Shown here one piece after another: positions 63,858 to 64,000 of a stretch of 64,000 nt of DNA. How positions within the stretch are numbered: the first letter of the stretch is position 1; the number at the start of each line of letters is the position of its first letter. The notes beneath the pieces are model-generated. The model ran no database searches and was not told the origin of the DNA. It worked only from the letters and a program-made list of their open reading frames with translations. Origin of the DNA: Candidatus Cloacimonadales bacterium (GTDB lineage: Bacteria; Cloacimonadota; Cloacimonadia; Cloacimonadales; JAIOQZ01); contig OY771587.1 in NCBI GenBank assembly GCA_963674825.1, positions 2,560,001 to 2,624,000 on the forward strand, given 5' to 3'. A program made the translations under genes and the position numbers.

Positions 63858-63887
63858 GGGCAGGTCGTATGGCTTGCCCTTTACTTC
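63858..63887 (+). terminator. Hairpin between convergent genes
   Basis: GGGCAGGTC-GTAT-GGCTTGCCC followed by TTTACTT. Confidence 0.55.
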
Positions 63888-64000
63888 AACACCTCAATCT
63901 TCGGCTCCACATCCTCGAACTGTGGCAATACCGTGCCGATATTCGCGTAGGCATAGAATGGATCGCACACTACATAGCTACTACCATCGTAATCGACCTT
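63881..64000 (-). CDS. 3' end of a hypothetical protein entering from the right edge (partial)
   Basis: Open frame KVDYDGSSYVVCDPFYAYANIGTVLPQFEDVEPKIEVLK* ending TAA at 63881; Y.VCDP.Y..A.IG resembles a Bacteroidota-conserved hypothetical family. Confidence 0.55.
   Translation of the reverse strand, partial: KVDYDGSSYVVCDPFYAYANIGTVLPQFEDVEPKIEVLK

Noticed and set aside
1..64000. tRNA, rRNA, transposase, integrase or prophage genes
   Set aside because: No cloverleaf/T-loop signatures in intergenic gaps and no ORF with such motifs; the window reads as native chromosome

Overview
A 64-kb stretch of core chromosome from an anaerobic diderm bacterium of the FCB superphylum. The secreted proteins carry C-terminal 'NYPNPFNP..TTI.F.L...IYNLKGQKVR' FlgD-Ig/T9SS-like tails, which fit Cloacimonadota best; this is an inference, as no marker gene is present. 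Four blocks are visible. (1) 1-15.4 kb, minus strand: kdsC-lptC-lptA-lptB-rpoN-lpdA-lipA-hpf-hprK-ptsH-ptsI-pgi-pgi/pmi-metK, then an AsnB-like gene that the ORF track missed. (2) ybaB-recR-ribE and an Ig-like lipoprotein. (3) 18.7-35 kb, the most interesting part: a co-directional alpha-glucan (starch/glycogen/maltodextrin) utilisation locus with no SusC/SusD, TonB-dependent receptor or LamB. It encodes a MalE-MalF fusion, MalG, two secretion-tail cargo proteins, a PorV/PorP-like barrel, two uncharacterised and apparently paralogous outer-membrane barrels (one fused to a CBM48-like domain), two lipoproteins, and a 1281-aa lipoprotein GH13 with six tandem CBM48-like modules. (4) 39-64 kb, housekeeping: a polyprenyl synthase plus DGGGP-synthase-like UbiA (archaeal-type ether-lipid potential), an ACD-GNAT fusion, truncated GlmU, rsfS, argS, moxR-DUF58-batABCDE, M42 peptidase, murI, a degenerate M29-like protein, pyrG and mscS. 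Several intergenic regions hold REP-like or long rod-like palindromes. No rRNA, tRNA, CRISPR array or transposase was found. All family calls come from motif recognition by eye, not from database searches.
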